Assembly (NCBI GenBank): GCA_963665275.2 | Contig: CAXXIN010000012.1 | Span: 32,001 to 96,000 of the forward strand | Source: Negativicutes bacterium | GTDB taxonomy: Bacteria > Bacillota > Negativicutes > UBA1444 | DNA: 64,000 bases | Direction of reading: 5' to 3' | In this document: positions 39,969 through 50,800 of the stretch, one piece after another | Numbering within the stretch: the stretch's first letter is position 1 | Layout of the letters: each line of letters opens with the position of its first letter | Made by a program: the position numbers and the translations under genes | Notes under the pieces: generated by a model | Told to the model about the DNA's origin: nothing | The model's input: the letters and a program-made list of their open reading frames with translations, nothing else | Databases searched by the model: none

Positions 39969-40372
39969 GGGACGAGGTCCACCGCAACGGTCAATCGCTG
40001 CACGCCGAGCCGGCGCAATAAGTCCAATACTTCAACTACCTTCCCGTAGGCAACGGCTCGGTCGGCCCGGAGCACAAACCGCGTTTCCCGATCTTGCACC
40101 ATTGCCGCACGAATCTGTGCTTCCAGTTCAACGACAGAAACGCCCTTTTCACCGAATTGGACGCTGCCGTCAGCCATCACCGTGATCGGCGCCGTCCGCT
40201 GCGCCTCGGCATCCGGTGCAGATGCCGCAGGCAATGTCACAGGCAGCACTTTCTGTTCCACCATGAACATCGTACTCATCATAAAAAACACCAGCAAAAA
40301 GAACATAATATCAATCATGGGAATGACCATCAACCGAGGATTTTCAGCAAATCTCCGCTCACGGATCTTCAC
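39965..40372 (-). CDS. exbD: Biopolymer transport protein ExbD
   Basis: IPMIDIMFFLLVFFM, LRADR..YG.VV. Confidence 0.93.
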   Translation of the reverse strand: MKIRERRFAENPRLMVIPMIDIMFFLLVFFMMSTMFMVEQKVLPVTLPAASAPDAEAQRTAPITVMADGSVQFGEKGVSVVELEAQIRAAMVQDRETRFVLRADRAVAYGKVVEVLDLLRRLGVQRLTVAVDLVP

Positions 40373-40983
40373 GATTCCCGCTCCTGGATCGCTGATAACA
40401 CAAGGGAGGCAACCTCTTCCACATCACCCAGCATCCGGTCGAGTCGATTTCGAAAATAGGACAGCAGAACAAGGGCCAGGATGGCCACGCACAGTCCTGC
40501 CGCCGTCGCAATCAACGCCTCACCGACTCCGCCCGTGATCGCGAAGGGCTGCCCGCTGCGAACGTTCAGCACATTAAAAGCACGAATCATGCCGATCACT
40601 GTTCCCAAAAGCCCCAATAGCGGCGCCAACGTCACCATCAGCCCCAGGATATCCAACCGTTGTCGCAACCTCGCCGCGCCGCGGTTGGCCACTCCTTCCA
40701 TCGCCATGTCCGCAGCGCGGCTGCCTCGCATGGCATTTTCAAGCCCTGCAGATGCAACCAGCGCAATCAACGACTCCGTTTCCCCCGCCTCCGTCAGTGC
40801 AGCCTTCCAATCACCCTGTTTCAAAAAAGGCTCCAGCCGTTCCTGTAAAAGAGCGCTGTTTGCATCCCCTCTATGAAAAGCGCGGAACCTATCAACAGCC
40901 ACCGCCACGGATAACACCGACCCCAGAAAAAGCAACGGCATCACAAGGCCGCCTTTTTCAAGCAATGCCCAGAATTCAGCCAT
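40369..40983 (-). CDS. exbB: Biopolymer transport protein ExbB (MotA/TolQ/ExbB)
   Basis: APLLGLLGTVIGMI, GVGEALIATAAGL. Confidence 0.93.
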   Translation of the reverse strand: MAEFWALLEKGGLVMPLLFLGSVLSVAVAVDRFRAFHRGDANSALLQERLEPFLKQGDWKAALTEAGETESLIALVASAGLENAMRGSRAADMAMEGVANRGAARLRQRLDILGLMVTLAPLLGLLGTVIGMIRAFNVLNVRSGQPFAITGGVGEALIATAAGLCVAILALVLLSYFRNRLDRMLGDVEEVASLVLSAIQERES

Positions 40984-40994
40984 CCTTACCTCCT

Positions 40995-41474
40995 TTATCG
41001 CCCTGCCGCAGGCAATATGAAAAATTGCCACACGGCAAAATCCTCGCATCCGTATGTCGCCACCCGGCCACGAATCATCGCCTGCCCGTCACCCAGGAAC
41101 ACCTTTCCTTCCAAGCTTACCATCCGGTAACTCGGATCCACAGGTTGGTCGATCCAGTTTTCCGGCTTCAGGAATAGGGCCCGCGTCGCCGGGTCCCACG
41201 TACCCGTCATCCGAAACGACCCGGTTGGCACCTGCGGATTATCCGGGTCCGCCGAGAAAGCGAATTCTGCTTCCATACGGCGTTCACCTCCGCCAGGCAA
41301 CGGCCGGAGCGTCAAGCGCAGTCGGGTCAACCCCTGATTGCATACATACGACCCATGCCAGGGCGCCGACAGCAGCAATGGCATCATATCCGTCGCCGCT
41401 TGCGCTTGGGGAGCAAAAGGGATGGATATCAGAAGAACGCCCAATAGGATCCCCAGCCAATACGTCCTGCTCAT
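40995..41474 (-). CDS. Secreted hypothetical protein
   Basis: Signal peptide ending AQA; WHGSYVCNQGLT motif; start overlaps the gloA stop. Confidence 0.7.
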   Translation of the reverse strand: MSRTYWLGILLGVLLISIPFAPQAQAATDMMPLLLSAPWHGSYVCNQGLTRLRLTLRPLPGGGERRMEAEFAFSADPDNPQVPTGSFRMTGTWDPATRALFLKPENWIDQPVDPSYRMVSLEGKVFLGDGQAMIRGRVATYGCEDFAVWQFFILPAAGR

Positions 41475-41836
41475 TTCCGGACCGGAACGATCTCCAGCCA
41501 ATATCCGTCGGGATCCGCGATGAAATAAATCCCCATCGCTTTATTTTCATAGCAGATGCAGCCCATTTTTTTGTGCAGCTCGTAGGCCTTGTCGAAATCT
41601 TCGACCCTGAACGCGAGATGAAATTCGTTTTCTCCCAAATTATAGGCTTCTTTGCGGTCTTTTAGCCAAGTTAGTTCCAGACTGTGGGGCGTTTTACCAT
41701 CCCCCAGGTAGACCAGTGTGAAGTCCGGATTTCCCACCCGGCGGACCTCGGTGAGATTGAGCGCTTCCTTGTAAAAGGCAAGGCTCTGCTCAAGATTCAA
41801 AACATTGAAGTTGTTGTGTGCGAAAGTAAATTCCAT
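41471..41836 (-). CDS. gloA: Lactoylglutathione lyase / VOC family
   Basis: HNNFNV, LELTW, HLAF, DPDGYWLE. Confidence 0.88.
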   Translation of the reverse strand: MEFTFAHNNFNVLNLEQSLAFYKEALNLTEVRRVGNPDFTLVYLGDGKTPHSLELTWLKDRKEAYNLGENEFHLAFRVEDFDKAYELHKKMGCICYENKAMGIYFIADPDGYWLEIVPVRK

Positions 41837-41918
41837 GATGTTGCCTCCTTGAAGGTTTTTATTATATTATACCTTAAATGCATCAATCAGCACGTCACAT
41901 CACAGGGAGGTTTTTTCC

Positions 41919-42587
41919 ATGAACCGGATTACCACCATCCCACTGGGATTCTCCAATGCCATCCTAGTCCAGGAATCAGGCACGATTCTCGTAGACACTG
42001 GCGCACCAGCCACGCAGCAAAAATATCAGGAAGTGTTCGCGAGTTTGCAGGTCAATCCGCAGGACATCCGACTGATCGTGATCACTCACGGCCACTCCGA
42101 CCATTTCGCCCACGCACGCGAACTACGTGAACTGACAGGTGCGCCCATATTGTGTCATCCAAAAGCTTTGCCCGCTTTGCGAACAGGCAAAAATCCACCC
42201 GTTCATCCGCGAAACGAACTGGGCGAGAGTGTCCTGAAAATGATTACCGGCAAAGAACCCCCTGCCATGCCGGTTGAACCGGACATTGTTATTGATTCGG
42301 ACTATGACCTGGCGTTCTTCGGCATAGCTGGCAAAATCATTTCCACGCCAGGACACAGCGACTGTTCCCTATCCGTACTCCTGGAGTCAGGGAATGCAAT
42401 CGTCGGCGACCTGGTCGTTTCCTCTCCTTTCAACCGCAAGGCAAGCATAGCCTATTTCGCAGACAACCCTGCCGCGCTCTTCGCCAGTGTCCGAAAGTTG
42501 CTCCCGTTTGCCCACACATTTTACAGCGGACATGGCGGCCCTTTTACGCGCGAGCAAGTGGAAACCGCGCTGCAGGAAAAAGGGTAA
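41919..42587 (+). CDS. MBL-fold metallo-hydrolase
   Basis: VDTG, THGHSDH, TPGHS, GD, GHG. Confidence 0.9.
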   Translation: MNRITTIPLGFSNAILVQESGTILVDTGAPATQQKYQEVFASLQVNPQDIRLIVITHGHSDHFAHARELRELTGAPILCHPKALPALRTGKNPPVHPRNELGESVLKMITGKEPPAMPVEPDIVIDSDYDLAFFGIAGKIISTPGHSDCSLSVLLESGNAIVGDLVVSSPFNRKASIAYFADNPAALFASVRKLLPFAHTFYSGHGGPFTREQVETALQEKG

Positions 42588-42640
42588 CGCTTTTTTGTTT
42601 ATTTGCACAACAATATTTCGTTTTTTTGTACTCACAGACA

Positions 42641-42669
42641 TAGACGTTGAAAATCATTTTTGTTATGAT
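42641..42669 (+). promoter_or_regulatory. SigmaA promoter of the PucR operon
   Basis: TAGACG-N17-TATGAT with extended -10 TG. Confidence 0.65.
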
Positions 42670-42711
42670 ACATGCATAGGTGTGGTTGCTCAAGTCGACA
42701 TCATACAACAG

Positions 42712-42751
42712 CAGCAATGAGGCTGGCAGAGAATTCTTCTGCCGGCTTTTT
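42712..42751 (+). promoter_or_regulatory. ANTAR-type hexaloop hairpin overlapping an intrinsic terminator
   Basis: CAGC-AATGAG-GCTG; terminator GGCTGGCAGA-GAATTCT-TCTGCCGGCT-TTTT. Confidence 0.8.
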
Positions 42752-42803
42752 CATTAAGGTGTTTCGCGCAAACATTCCTGGCGATGAAAGAAAGGGGCAC
42801 ACG

Positions 42804-44015
42804 ATGGCTCTCAAATTGAAAGACCTTTTCGGGTTGCCCCAACTGAAGAACCTTAAACTGGTGGCCGGTTCCGCTGGTCTGGACCGCGCCCTTCACTGGG
42901 TTCATGTAGTGGAGCTGCCTGATGTCATGCATTGGACTCTGGGCGGCGAACTGCTTTTCATGACCGGTATCGGGATTCGGGACAACCTGGCAATCCTTTC
43001 ACGGATTGTCGAAGAATGCTCGCGCCGCAATATCGCCGGCCTGGTCCTTAACGTTGGTCCCTATATCCCAGCCACCCCGCCCGAGGTGATCGAATTGGCG
43101 GATGCGCTGGGGTTCCCTGTGTTCGAGCTGCCCTGGGAAGTGAAGTTAGTCGAAGTCACGCGGGAAATTTGCAACCATATCATGAACCAACAGGTCGAAG
43201 AAAAGTCGATCCAGGACATCATCGAAAACATCCTCTATGGCGACTGCTCCAATCCCGAGCTCCTATCAACCCGGGCCGCGCTATATGACTACGACCTCAC
43301 CAAACCCCATCGGGTGCTGTTTGTAAGATACAGCCGTGTTCTTCCTTCGAACAGACCTGATATGAATACCGAGCAGAAAGTTCTGGAAGACAAGCAAAAA
43401 ATCCAGCAAATCGTCCAGGATGCTTTTCGACGATCCGCAAAGAAAGTGCTGTTCACCAGCCGTTCCGACCGCATCGTCCTGTTGGTTCCCTCTGATGGCA
43501 GCATGCAGGAATCTCAACGTGTTGAGTCTATTGCGCATAGTATCCTGCAAACCGCCGCCGAGCAGATGAAAAACATCCAGATGCATATCGGGTGGGGAAA
43601 TCCTTTCGAAGCCCTGCAGGATGGCAAAAAAAGCATGGAACAGGCCGAACTGGCTCTGAAGGTGGGCATCACATCAGGCCGGAAAAAGTTTTTCGGCTAT
43701 GAATCACTCGGTTTTTACAAAGTGCTGTTCAACGTATCCAACCGCAAGGAACTGGAGACTTTTCGCTTGGAAGTTTTGGGCCCGCTGAATGACTACGACC
43801 AACGGCACAAAGGGGAACTGCTGCCGACCTTGACCGCCTATCTGGAAGACACCGAGAACCTGGCCCTCGTTGCCGAGCGGCTCCATATTCACCGCAACAC
43901 GCTCCGCTACCGGATGCAAAAAGTGGAAGAACTCACCGGACGCAACCTCAATGACACTCAGGACCGGATGCATCTGTATTTCGCAACGGTTGTCGACAAA
44001 TACCTCAGTTTATAG
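42804..44015 (+). CDS. PucR-family transcriptional regulator
   Basis: LVAGSAGLDR..WVHVVE N-terminal domain; HIHRNTLRYRMQK HTH. Confidence 0.93.
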   Translation: MALKLKDLFGLPQLKNLKLVAGSAGLDRALHWVHVVELPDVMHWTLGGELLFMTGIGIRDNLAILSRIVEECSRRNIAGLVLNVGPYIPATPPEVIELADALGFPVFELPWEVKLVEVTREICNHIMNQQVEEKSIQDIIENILYGDCSNPELLSTRAALYDYDLTKPHRVLFVRYSRVLPSNRPDMNTEQKVLEDKQKIQQIVQDAFRRSAKKVLFTSRSDRIVLLVPSDGSMQESQRVESIAHSILQTAAEQMKNIQMHIGWGNPFEALQDGKKSMEQAELALKVGITSGRKKFFGYESLGFYKVLFNVSNRKELETFRLEVLGPLNDYDQRHKGELLPTLTAYLEDTENLALVAERLHIHRNTLRYRMQKVEELTGRNLNDTQDRMHLYFATVVDKYLSL

Positions 44016-44034
44016 CAAGGAGCGAAGGCGATCC

Positions 44035-45255
44035 ATGGATACTAAAATCATTGACGCAGCAGCCAAACTAAAAGAAGAAATGTTCACTTTTGCCCAAAGA
44101 CTGATTCAGACGCCCAGCCTCAGTGGTGAGGAAAAAGCATTGGCCGAATTATGTGAGTCCGAGATGGTCCGCCTCGGCTATGACGAAGTTTTTATCGATG
44201 GTATCGGGAATGTTGTGGGAATCATCCGCGGCTCCGGTGATGGCTGCAACCTTATGTACAACTCCCATATGGATCACGTCGACCCTGGCAATGAAGCGCT
44301 TTGGGACTACCCGCCCTACGGCGCGGTAATGGCTGATGGGTATATTCACGGGCGCGCCGCCAGCGATGTCAAAGGAGGTCTCGCCGCCCAGATTTACGCC
44401 GGAGCCTTGCTGCGCCAGGCTGGAATTCCGCTGCGGGGCGATTACATCGTCACCGGCGTTGTTCAGGAAGAACCGGCGGAAATGCTGGGCATCCAGTACT
44501 TATGCGATAAAACGTTTCCTGCACATGGACTCCGTTTTGATCTGATGATCAGTTCCGAAGCTACCGGTCTGAATTTATTTCTGGGCCATCGCGGTCGTGT
44601 GGAACTGGAAGTCGTGACTGAAGGGCGCACCAGTCATGGTAGCGCTCCCTGGAGGGGCATCAATGCCGTAACTAAAATGCTGCCTGTGCTCGATCAGGTC
44701 AATCGCCTGGCCGAAAGTCTTCCCACTCACCCGATCCTTGGGCAGTCCACCCTCGCATTGACCAATATTACCTGCAGTCCCGGCCGATTGTCGATCATTC
44801 CGGATATTTGCACCGTTTCCCTCGACCGTCGATTGCTGCCGGAAGAAAGCTGCGAATTGGCATTGGCTCAAATCGAGGCCATCTTAACCGATCTCTCGGC
44901 AAAGGATCCCGAATTCAAGGCTCAGGTCCGCATCCGAACGGTTCGTGAAACTTCTTGGACCGGCGTATCGATGGACTGCGAGAAAAAAATGGCAGCCTGG
45001 ATAATCCGTCCCGATCATCCCCTGGTTATCGAAACGGTGAAAGCGCTCAACTCCATCGGCCAGACACCCGATTTCGGCAAATGGGATTTTGGCACCGATG
45101 CCAGCTATGTCACGGGCGTACTCGGCATCCCCACGATTGGCTATTCTCCTATGGAAGAACAGTATGCACATACGCCCCAGGACCGGGTCAGTACAGAAAT
45201 GATGCTCAAAGCTCTGGCAGGCAACGCAGCCATTGCCCGGCGCATCGCCGGATAA
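44035..45255 (+). CDS. M20/ArgE-DapE metallo-amidohydrolase, YgeY-like
   Basis: HMDHV, GRAASDVKGG, QEE, GHRGRVE, HGSAP..GINA, WDFGTD, YAH. Confidence 0.88.
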   Translation: MDTKIIDAAAKLKEEMFTFAQRLIQTPSLSGEEKALAELCESEMVRLGYDEVFIDGIGNVVGIIRGSGDGCNLMYNSHMDHVDPGNEALWDYPPYGAVMADGYIHGRAASDVKGGLAAQIYAGALLRQAGIPLRGDYIVTGVVQEEPAEMLGIQYLCDKTFPAHGLRFDLMISSEATGLNLFLGHRGRVELEVVTEGRTSHGSAPWRGINAVTKMLPVLDQVNRLAESLPTHPILGQSTLALTNITCSPGRLSIIPDICTVSLDRRLLPEESCELALAQIEAILTDLSAKDPEFKAQVRIRTVRETSWTGVSMDCEKKMAAWIIRPDHPLVIETVKALNSIGQTPDFGKWDFGTDASYVTGVLGIPTIGYSPMEEQYAHTPQDRVSTEMMLKALAGNAAIARRIAG

Positions 45256-45289
45256 CCGTCTGAAATTAAAATTACTGGAGGAGATCAAC

Positions 45290-46447
45290 ATGTCCATCGA
45301 TCTGTTTCAATCCCCTGAACGTCTTTTGTTCGGCTGGGGCAGCGTGGAAAAATCCGGGGAGGAAGCGTTGCGTTATGGAACCAAAGCAATGCTTGTCAGC
45401 GGCAAAACTTCTTCCCGCGCCAGCGGAGCGCTTGACGCGGTGTGCGCTTCCCTGAAATCGGCCGGTATCGCCGTGACGTTGTTTTGTGAAGCGGAATCCG
45501 ATCCCAGCGTCCGCACAATCACCGCCGGTACCGCGCTTGCCAGAGAAATCGGCGCCGAGGTGATCATCGCACTCGGCGGTGGCAGTCCTCTTGATGCCGG
45601 CAAAGCCATTGGCCTCATGGCCGCCAATGACGGCAACATCACCAACTATGAAAAAACTGCGCCAACGAAGCCCGGTCTACCGGTCATCGCCATCCCCACG
45701 ACCGCCGGTACCGGCAGTGAAGTGACAAAATTCGTTGTAATTACCGACACCGAACGAAAAGTGAAAATGTTGATCAGCACTCCTTTCCTAATCCCCAGAG
45801 TCGCGTTGCTCGACCCCCAGCTCACGCTGAGCATCCCGTCCGCTTACACAGCCGGACCGGGAATGGACGCACTGACCCATGCCATTGAAGCTTTTCAATC
45901 CAGCCTCGCTTCCCCCACCACCGATGTGTTTGCCCTCTCTGCCATCCGCCTGATCGGAGGCCATCTCGTCAAGGCAACCTTAAACGGCGCCAACATCGAG
46001 GCCCGCACCGCCATGTTGCTCGGTCAGATGCATGCCGGTCTTGCCTTCGGCAATGCTTCGGTAGCTCTCGTCCATGCCATGTCCCGACCGCTCGGCGCGC
46101 ACTTCGGCATTCCTCATGGTCAAGCCAATGCCATTTTGTTGCCTTGGGTCATGAAATACAACAGGCCTGCCTGCCCGGAAAAATTCGTCCGAATTGCCGA
46201 AGCTCTTGGCTGTGAGGTAAAGGGACTGTCGCTAAGAGAATCCAGTCAGCTCGCCGTGGATACCGTACGCGAAATTTATGCCGATACCGGGCTGCCGCTT
46301 ACACTCGCCGAACTCGGCGTTCCGGCAGACGCCTTGCCCCAGCTCGCCAAAGATGCGTCGCAAAGCGGCAGCGTGCTCTTTAATCCCCGCAAACCGACCT
46401 TAAGTGAAATCGAACAACTCTATCATTCATGCCTGAACGGCAAATAA
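45290..46447 (+). CDS. Iron-containing alcohol dehydrogenase (possible sulfoacetaldehyde or malonate-semialdehyde reductase)
   Basis: GGGSPLD, PTTAGTGSE, DALTHAIE, HAMS, PHG. Confidence 0.9.
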   Translation: MSIDLFQSPERLLFGWGSVEKSGEEALRYGTKAMLVSGKTSSRASGALDAVCASLKSAGIAVTLFCEAESDPSVRTITAGTALAREIGAEVIIALGGGSPLDAGKAIGLMAANDGNITNYEKTAPTKPGLPVIAIPTTAGTGSEVTKFVVITDTERKVKMLISTPFLIPRVALLDPQLTLSIPSAYTAGPGMDALTHAIEAFQSSLASPTTDVFALSAIRLIGGHLVKATLNGANIEARTAMLLGQMHAGLAFGNASVALVHAMSRPLGAHFGIPHGQANAILLPWVMKYNRPACPEKFVRIAEALGCEVKGLSLRESSQLAVDTVREIYADTGLPLTLAELGVPADALPQLAKDASQSGSVLFNPRKPTLSEIEQLYHSCLNGK

Positions 46448-46464
46448 GAAGGGAGCGAAGCCGT

Positions 46465-47847
46465 ATGACAACCCCAATCAACGTAGAAGAATTGATTGCC
46501 CAGGAAAAGGAACATCTCTGGCTCCATCTGACCAACCACAAAATGATGGAGACTCAGGAACCTCAAATCATGGTATCAGGCAATGGTTGCAACATCACGG
46601 ACGCCCGGGGCAACGAATACCTTGATATGCTCTCCGGCGGCGTATGGTGCGTCAATGTCGGCTATGGACGCGAATCGATGGTGCAGGCCGCTGCCGACCA
46701 GCTTCGCACCCTTCCCTACTATGCCGGGACAGTGGCTACCCCTCCCTACATCCATCTGGCAACCAAGCTCGCTTCCCTGCTGCCAGCGCTCCCCAAAGTC
46801 TACATTTCAAACAGTGGATCTGAAGCCAATGAAAAAGCGTTCAAAATGTCTCGCCTGTACTTCGGCGTCACCGAAACGCAAAAAGAGAAACATAAAATCA
46901 TTTACCGTGACCGGGATTATCATGGCAGCACCCTGGCGGTCCTCGCCGCCGGCGGACAAAAGGAAAGAAAGGCCGGTTACGGCCCTTATCCGGAAGGGTT
47001 CGTGGAAATCCCCCACGCATGCTGTTATCGCTGTCCGTTCGGCAAGGAATATCCGAACTGCGAGATCGACTGCGCCCGTGCTCTGGAAACAACCATTCTA
47101 AAGGAAGGTCCCGACACCGTGGCGGCGATCATTCTTGAACCAATCACTGCCGGTGGCGGCATCATACCGCCGGTTCCGGAGTATTTCCCGCTCATCCAGT
47201 CTATCTGCCGCAAATACGAGGTGCTCCTCATTATCGACGAAGTAGTCGCCGGGTTCGGGCGGACAGGGAAAATGTTCGGCCATGATCACTACGATGTGCA
47301 ACCTGATATGGTGACTCTCGCCAAAGGCATCGCAAGCTCCTACATGCCGCTCTCGGCTACGCTCGCCACCAAAGCGGTTTTTGACCGATTCCTGACCTCG
47401 CCGACCGATACCTTCGGTTATTTCCGTGACATCAGCACTTACGGCGGCTGCACTGCAGGCTGTAGTGTAGCACTGGAAAACATCCGCATCATCGAAGAAG
47501 AAAAGTTGGTTGAAAACAGCGCCGTGTTGGGCCGCTACCTGCTCGATCAACTGAAGCAGTTCGCCGATCACCCGATGGTTGGGGACATCCGCGGCCTGGG
47601 CCTGTTCGCCGGCATCGAGATCGTCGACGACAAAAAGACCAAAGCACCTTCCGCAGAAGGCACTTTGGCCGGCATCGTGGCTGATGTTAAAAAGCAGGGC
47701 ATTCTGATGGGACGGATGGGACGCAGCGTTCCTGGACTCAACAACGTTCTCACGCTCGCCCCTGCCCTCATCGTCACCAAAGAGCAGATCGACTCAACCG
47801 TCAAAGCGATCGGCGTTGCTCTGGGCAACCTGAAAGCTGCAAAATAG
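46465..47847 (+). CDS. tpa: Class III aminotransferase, taurine:pyruvate aminotransferase-like
   Basis: SGGVWCVNVGYGR, SNSGSEANEKAFK, RDYHG, YFRDISTYGGC, NNVLTLAPALI match the Tpa subfamily as recalled; substrate not proven. Confidence 0.75.
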   Translation: MTTPINVEELIAQEKEHLWLHLTNHKMMETQEPQIMVSGNGCNITDARGNEYLDMLSGGVWCVNVGYGRESMVQAAADQLRTLPYYAGTVATPPYIHLATKLASLLPALPKVYISNSGSEANEKAFKMSRLYFGVTETQKEKHKIIYRDRDYHGSTLAVLAAGGQKERKAGYGPYPEGFVEIPHACCYRCPFGKEYPNCEIDCARALETTILKEGPDTVAAIILEPITAGGGIIPPVPEYFPLIQSICRKYEVLLIIDEVVAGFGRTGKMFGHDHYDVQPDMVTLAKGIASSYMPLSATLATKAVFDRFLTSPTDTFGYFRDISTYGGCTAGCSVALENIRIIEEEKLVENSAVLGRYLLDQLKQFADHPMVGDIRGLGLFAGIEIVDDKKTKAPSAEGTLAGIVADVKKQGILMGRMGRSVPGLNNVLTLAPALIVTKEQIDSTVKAIGVALGNLKAAK

Positions 47848-47858
47848 TACGAACCGAC

Positions 47859-50800
47859 TTAGCCTGCGTCCGGTCTGGACAACTCAAGCAGCAAATCTCC
47901 GGATTCAATTGAGTCACCGGGTTTGACGAAAATTTCTTTCACGAAGCCATGAATGGGCGCCTGAATCGAGGTTTCCATCTTCATGGCTTCTGTTGCAACC
48001 AACGGGGTTCCTTTTTTTACCTTGGCGCCTGTTTGCACCATCACCTTGACAACAGAACCGGACATTGTCGCCGCCACGTGCTCCGGGTTAGCGGGGTCGG
48101 CTTTGCGGCGCTCGGCAACCGTGGTTTCCACGGCCTTGTCCTTGATCAACGTTTCCCGCACCGATCCATTCAACTCAAAACTGACTACCCTAACTCCGGC
48201 GGCATCAGGAGCACCAACGGACAGCAGCCGGATATTGAGCGTTTTTCCTTGCTGAATATCCACACTGATTTCTTCTCCCGGCAGCATGCCATAGAAGAAG
48301 GTTGGGGTATCCAGCATCGACATATCGCCATATTCCTGCATGAATCCGACCCATTCCTTGAATACCTTGGGATATAGGGCATAAGAAAGCACATCTTTTT
48401 CCGTCACATCACGGTGAGGAATTGCTCCGACGGCAACCCGCAGCGCGTCGAAATCAACCGGCGCCATCAGTTCGCCAGGCCGACAATCCAGAGGTTTTTT
48501 GCCCTTGAGGATGATTGCTTGCAGTTTTTCAGGGAAACCTTGATACGGTTGCCCGATCTGACCTTCAAAGAATTCGACCACCGACTGTGGGAAATTGAGC
48601 CGGTCTCCTTTGGCGTAAATGTCGTCTTCTGACAGACCATTCTCCACCATGAACAGGGCCATGTCGCCCACAACTTTGGACGAAGGAGTAACTTTCACGA
48701 TATCGCCGAACAGGTCGTTGACCCTGCGGTACATCTTTTTGACTTCTTCCCAACGCGGTTCCAGTCCCAGCGCCTTGGCCTGCTGTTTGAGATTGCTGTA
48801 TTGGCCGCCCGGCATCTCGTGCTCGTACACTTCCGGATTGGGAGAAAACAGTTTCGCGTCAAAGTCTGCGTAATAGGAACGAACATCTTCCCAGTAATGG
48901 GATAGCTCATTCAATCCCAGAATTTCGGCATCCGGTTGGCGTTTGTGACCCGAAAGGGCATAATAAAGACTGTTGGCGCTTGGCTGAGAGGTCATGCCTG
49001 CCAGCGAAGAAATCGATACATCCACGATATCCACGCCGGCATCAATCGCCCGCGCATACGTATAGACCCCGTTGCCGCTCGTGTCATGAGTATGAAGGTG
49101 AACCGGAATGTCGACCGCATCTTTGATCGCCGACACCAGCTGATAAGCCGCTTCCGGTTTCAAGAGGCCCGCCATGTCCTTGATGCCCAGAATATGAGCA
49201 CCGGCTGTTTCCATCTCTTTCGCCATGTTCACGTAATATTTCAGGTCATATTTGCTGCGATCAGGGTTTAGAATATCCCCTGTATAACATAGCGCCGCTT
49301 CCGCGACCTTGCCTGACTCGCGCACGGCCTCGATGGCGACTCGCATGCTGTCCAGCCAGTTCAGGCTGTCAAATATCCGAAATACATCGATCCCGGCTGC
49401 AGCGGACTCAGCCACAAAATTTCTTACCACATTGTCGGGATAATTCGTGTACCCTACGGCATTGGCGGAGCGCAGCAGCATCTGGAACAAAATATTGGGG
49501 GATTTTTTCCGCAGGACGGCCAGCCGCTCCCACGGATCTTCATGCAAGAACCGGTAGGCTACGTCAAAAGTGGCGCCGCCCCACATTTCCAGGGAAAACA
49601 GCTGGGGCATCAGACTCGAGGTAGGCTCGATAATATCGATGATATCCCTTGAACGGACACGGGTGGCCAGCAAGGACTGATGCGCATCACGCAACGTCGT
49701 ATCTGTCAGCAGCACCTTGTCTTGCGCTTTGATCCAGGAAATCAATCCACCGACGCCGCGTTCATCCAAAATCTGCTTGGTACCGGACGGAGCCTCTCCC
49801 ACCGGCACTTCCGGCATGCGTGGCGTTTGATAGGCCGTCTTTTCCTTGCGTGAAATTCCTTCGTAGCCATTGACAGTGATGTTCCCCAGATATTTGAGCA
49901 ACTTGGTCGCCCGGTCTTTACGGTCAGGAAAAACGAATAATTCCGGCGAACTGTCGACAAAAGAAGTATCATAGGAACCTTGCAGAAATTTTTCATGCCC
50001 CACCACGTTGGCCAAAAAAGGAATATTGGTCTTGACTCCGCGAATGCGGAACTCTCCGAGGCACCGCTGCATCTTGGCGATGGCTGCTTTGCGGGTCAGG
50101 CCCCAAGTCATGGCCTTCACCAGCAGCGAATCGTAATAGGGCGTGATCACCGAGCCAGTGAAAGCATTACTGCCGTCCAGACGCAGACCGAACCCGCCGC
50201 CGCTGCGGTAGGTGGTCAGTTTCCCGGTGTCCGGCAGGAAGTTGTTGGCAGGATCTTCTGTGGTCACCCTGCACTGGATGGCATGTCCGTAGCAGTGGAT
50301 GAGCTCCTGGGCCGGGATCCCGATCTCATCGCCGTGCAGGGCATACCCATCGGCGATGAGCAGCTGCGACTGAACGATATCTATGCCTGTGACCATTTCC
50401 GTGATGGTATGCTCCACCTGGACGCGGGGGTTGACCTCAATGAAATAGAATTGATGCTCCGGCGTCACCAGGAATTCCACCGTTCCGGCATTTACGTACC
50501 CAACGTTTTGCATCAGCCGGACAGCGGCCTGGCAGATATCCAGCCTCAGCGAATCAGGCAGCGCGGCCGGCGCGACTTCCACCAATTTCTGATGGCGTCG
50601 CTGAACCGAACAGTCCCGCTCATAAAGATGAACGATGTTGCCGTATTGGTCTCCCAGTATCTGCACTTCAATATGTCGGGGGTTCTCCAGAAGTTTTTCC
50701 AGGTATACCTCATCGCTGCCAAACGAAGCTTTCGCTTCGGATCGTGCTTGGTTGTAGAGACCTTCCAGCGATTCGGCGTCGCGTACAACCCGCATGCCGC

